DNA from: Dickeya dadantii NCPPB 898
Lineage (GTDB): Bacteria > Pseudomonadota > Gammaproteobacteria > Enterobacterales > Enterobacteriaceae
Direction of reading: 5' to 3'
NCBI RefSeq assembly: GCF_000406145.1
Contig: NZ_CM001976.1
Location: 1,525,315-1,557,314 of the forward strand
DNA length: 32,000 bases
Each line of letters opens with the position of its first letter. Positions within the stretch are counted from its first letter, which is position 1. The notes below the pieces were generated by a model. That model was not told where the DNA came from. It saw only the letters and a program-made list of their open reading frames with translations, and searched no databases. The position numbers and the translations under genes are program-made. Positions 29,606 to 32,000 of this stretch are shown here, piece after piece.

Positions 29606-31645
29606 TTAAGCCAGAGTGGCCAGTAGCAGGGCAACCAGCGCCGCCACCACATACAGGCAGTACACCCGGAAATCGCCGTGCTGAATCCATTGCACCGCGC
29701 GGCTGATGTGCTGCACGCCGCTGACCACCGGCATCACCACGTGGTCGTCCCATACCGGTTCGACGCGCGCCGCCGCCTGCGTGGTCTTTTCCAGCGCCTG
29801 CTGCATCGCGGGCGCCGGGTCGAGGGTTTTGCGCACGCGGTACAACGGCGCGAACATCACCCGCAGCGGCTGGGTAAAGCTGCCGGCCGAGGCCGACATG
29901 GCGGATTCATAGCCGTAGCCGCAGGCCCAGGGCGTGCCTTTGTGACGAAAACCGAGACGCGGGCCGCGCAGCAGGCTGTAGAGCATCAGCGGCAGCAACG
30001 GCAGCGCCAGCAGCAGGATGAAAATCAGCGGCGTATTAAGGCGGGTTTGCAGGTGGTCGCCGGGGAAGACGCCCAGTCCCGCGGCCATCATGACTTCCGG
30101 GGTGTGCGCCAGGTCCGCCGCGATACGGGTCATCACCGGTACCACCACGCTGGCGCCGACGCCGAGCAGCACGCACAGCAACGCCAGCAGTAACATGGCG
30201 AGCGTCATCGGCCAGGGGACTTCGCGGGCGTGAGCGGCTTTCTCGCTACGTGGCGCGCCGCAGAAACTGATGCCGTACACCTTGACGAAACACATCGCCG
30301 CCAGCGCGCCGGTGATCGCCAGCATCACGATGGCGATCGGCGCGGCCAGCCGCAGGCCGATGCTGCCGTCATGGCTGAGGGTGAACAGCGACTGGTAGGT
30401 AAACCATTCGCTGACGAAACCGTTGAGCGGCGGCAGGGCGGAGATCGCCATACACCCGACCAGAAACGCCAGCGCGGTACGCGGCATCAGCCGTGACAGT
30501 CCGCCCATTTTTTCCATGTCTTTGGTGTGGACGCGGTAGATCACCGCGCCGGCGCCGAGAAACAGCAACCCCTTGAACACCGCGTGGTTGAGCAGGTGAT
30601 ACAGCCCGCCCAGCAGGCCGAGCAGCGCCAGCAGCGGATGATGGGTGGCGATGCCGATCATGCCGACGCCGACCCCCATCAGAATGATGCCGATGTTCTC
30701 CACCGTGTGGTACGCCAGCAGGCGTTTGATGTCGTGCTCGGCCAGCGCGTACAGCACCCCCAGCACCGACGACACCGCGCCGAACGCCAGCACCACCACG
30801 CCCCACCAGGTTTCGGTGGCGCCCAGCAAATCAACACCGACTTTGATGATGCCGAATACGCCGATCTTCACCATCACGCCCGACATCAGCGCCGAGGCGT
30901 GCGACGGCGCGGCCGGGTGCGCGCGGGGCAGCCAGCCGTGCAACGGCAGCATCCCGGCTTTGGCGCCGAAGCCGAAGAACGCCAGCAGGAACACCACCGA
31001 GGCCTGCGGTGCCGACAACCCGGCGTGGCGGAAATCGACGAAGTCGAGGCTGCTGCTGTGGCGATAGAGCAGGAAGAAGGCAATCATGATCAGCACCGAA
31101 CCGGCATGGGCGATCAGGAAATACAGCAGCCCGGCACCGACCGCCTCTTCATCCTGATCGGCGATGACCAGGAAGTAGGAGCTGAGCGACATCACTTCGA
31201 ACAACACAATGAAGTAGAAGGCGTTGTCCACCACCACCAGCGCCACCATAGAGGCGACAAACAGGTTCATGAAGAACCCCATCGCCCAGGCGCCGCGCCC
31301 GCGGTACTCCTCCAGATAAGCCAGTGAATACAGGGCGGATACCGCCACCAGCAGCGAAATCACCAGCGTCATGAACGCGGCCAGGGTATCGAAGCGCAGC
31401 GTCAGGTGTGCGAAGGCGTCAAACGGCCCGTCGAACACGGCGGTCAGCACGCCGCCGCCGAGCAGGACGGGAGCCGCCGCCAGCGCACCGGCGCAGCCGC
31501 CCGCCAGCGCGCACAGCCCGCTCAGGCGAATCGCCAGCGATTCCCGGCGGCACAGACATAACGAAAGCAGCGCGCCGGCCAGATACAGCGCTAGCGACAG
31601 GCCCAGCCATTGCAGTGGCGTGAACAATTGCAGTGGCGTCATCAT
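29606..31645 (-). CDS. hyfB: Hydrogenase-4 membrane subunit B (NuoL/HycC-like)
   Basis: 679 aa. WLPRAHPAAPSHASALMSGVMVKIG...DIKRLLAYHTVENIG is collinear with E. coli HyfB. Confidence 0.92.
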   Translation of the reverse strand: MMTPLQLFTPLQWLGLSLALYLAGALLSLCLCRRESLAIRLSGLCALAGGCAGALAAAPVLLGGGVLTAVFDGPFDAFAHLTLRFDTLAAFMTLVISLLVAVSALYSLAYLEEYRGRGAWAMGFFMNLFVASMVALVVVDNAFYFIVLFEVMSLSSYFLVIADQDEEAVGAGLLYFLIAHAGSVLIMIAFFLLYRHSSSLDFVDFRHAGLSAPQASVVFLLAFFGFGAKAGMLPLHGWLPRAHPAAPSHASALMSGVMVKIGVFGIIKVGVDLLGATETWWGVVVLAFGAVSSVLGVLYALAEHDIKRLLAYHTVENIGIILMGVGVGMIGIATHHPLLALLGLLGGLYHLLNHAVFKGLLFLGAGAVIYRVHTKDMEKMGGLSRLMPRTALAFLVGCMAISALPPLNGFVSEWFTYQSLFTLSHDGSIGLRLAAPIAIVMLAITGALAAMCFVKVYGISFCGAPRSEKAAHAREVPWPMTLAMLLLALLCVLLGVGASVVVPVMTRIAADLAHTPEVMMAAGLGVFPGDHLQTRLNTPLIFILLLALPLLPLMLYSLLRGPRLGFRHKGTPWACGYGYESAMSASAGSFTQPLRVMFAPLYRVRKTLDPAPAMQQALEKTTQAAARVEPVWDDHVVMPVVSGVQHISRAVQWIQHGDFRVYCLYVVAALVALLLATLA

Positions 31646-32000
31646 AGTGTTTGCTCCCTGTCAGTCCCGGTGGAGGAAAAAGGGATGTTGCCTTCGGGCC
31701 ATTCCGCCGCCTGACGGCGTTTGGCGGCGATAGCGTCGTCCAGCGCGGCGTCATCCACCAGATACAGCGCGTGTGTCGGGCAGACGCGCACACACTCCGG
31801 CCCCTGTTCGCGGAAATCACACAGGTCGCATTTCACCGCGATGCTGCGTACTCCGGCGTTCCACGCCAGCATCGGGTGAATCGACGGTGGACTCACCGGC
31901 ACATCGGACAGCAGCGATAGCGGGATGTGGTGATCAAACGTGGCAGGCGTTGCCAGCGGCGTGCTGCCGGATGGCGTGATGGCGCCGAACGGGCAGGCGA
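31642..32000 (-). CDS. hyfA: Hydrogenase-4 4Fe-4S subunit A, C-terminal part (5' end beyond window end)
   Basis: The frame is open to the window edge: ACPFGAI...VKCDLCDFREQGPECVRVCPTHAL..., matching the C-terminal half of HyfA. Its stop overlaps the hyfB start. Confidence 0.88.
   Translation of the reverse strand, partial: ACPFGAITPSGSTPLATPATFDHHIPLSLLSDVPVSPPSIHPMLAWNAGVRSIAVKCDLCDFREQGPECVRVCPTHALYLVDDAALDDAIAAKRRQAAEWPEGNIPFSSTGTDREQTL

Noticed and set aside
15560-31327. Long antisense ORFs in the FHL region: 15560-16495, 17094-18791, 22807-23967, 23983-24816, 25271-26557, 26551-27969 and 30527-31327
   Set aside because: Each is opposite a gene with strong homology-type evidence (fhlA, fdhF, hyfG, hyfF, hyfE/D, hyfB). 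They are GC-rich antisense artefacts.

Overview
The window looks like an Enterobacterales-type chromosome and has two contrasting parts. GC statements are estimates by eye, and no species call is possible from this window alone.

(i) 1 to ~5750 is a visibly AT-rich accessory island. It abuts the 3' end of a tRNA-Asn gene (5755-5830, minus) and carries a decayed P4-type integrase fragment. Its main content is a tightly coupled minus-strand operon that looks like an uncharacterised RiPP-type system:
- a 59-aa Cys/Gly-rich peptide gene (3694-3873) that is absent from the ORF track
- an intercistronic hairpin terminator
- a stand-alone 508-aa protein with the signature blocks of the LanM dehydratase/kinase (DUF4135) domain but no LanC cyclase
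- an erythromycin-esterase/ChaN-superfamily hydrolase
- an ABC exporter whose frame is broken at a G4 run

(ii) 5830-32000 is GC-rich core genome:
- lacZ and lacI with a 20/21 match to lac operator O1, but no lacY/lacA
- an Asp/Glu-type racemase, a YjiE-like LysR regulator and a DAACS transporter
- fhlA
- a Cys-type (non-selenocysteine) fdhF co-oriented with hydN behind a sigma-54 promoter
- a small inserted DUF4160 / DUF2442-HTH gene pair with a perfect palindromic operator
- a complete hydrogenase-4 operon, hyfA(partial)BCDEFGHIJ-hycI

Most long track ORFs antisense to these GC-rich genes are artefacts.
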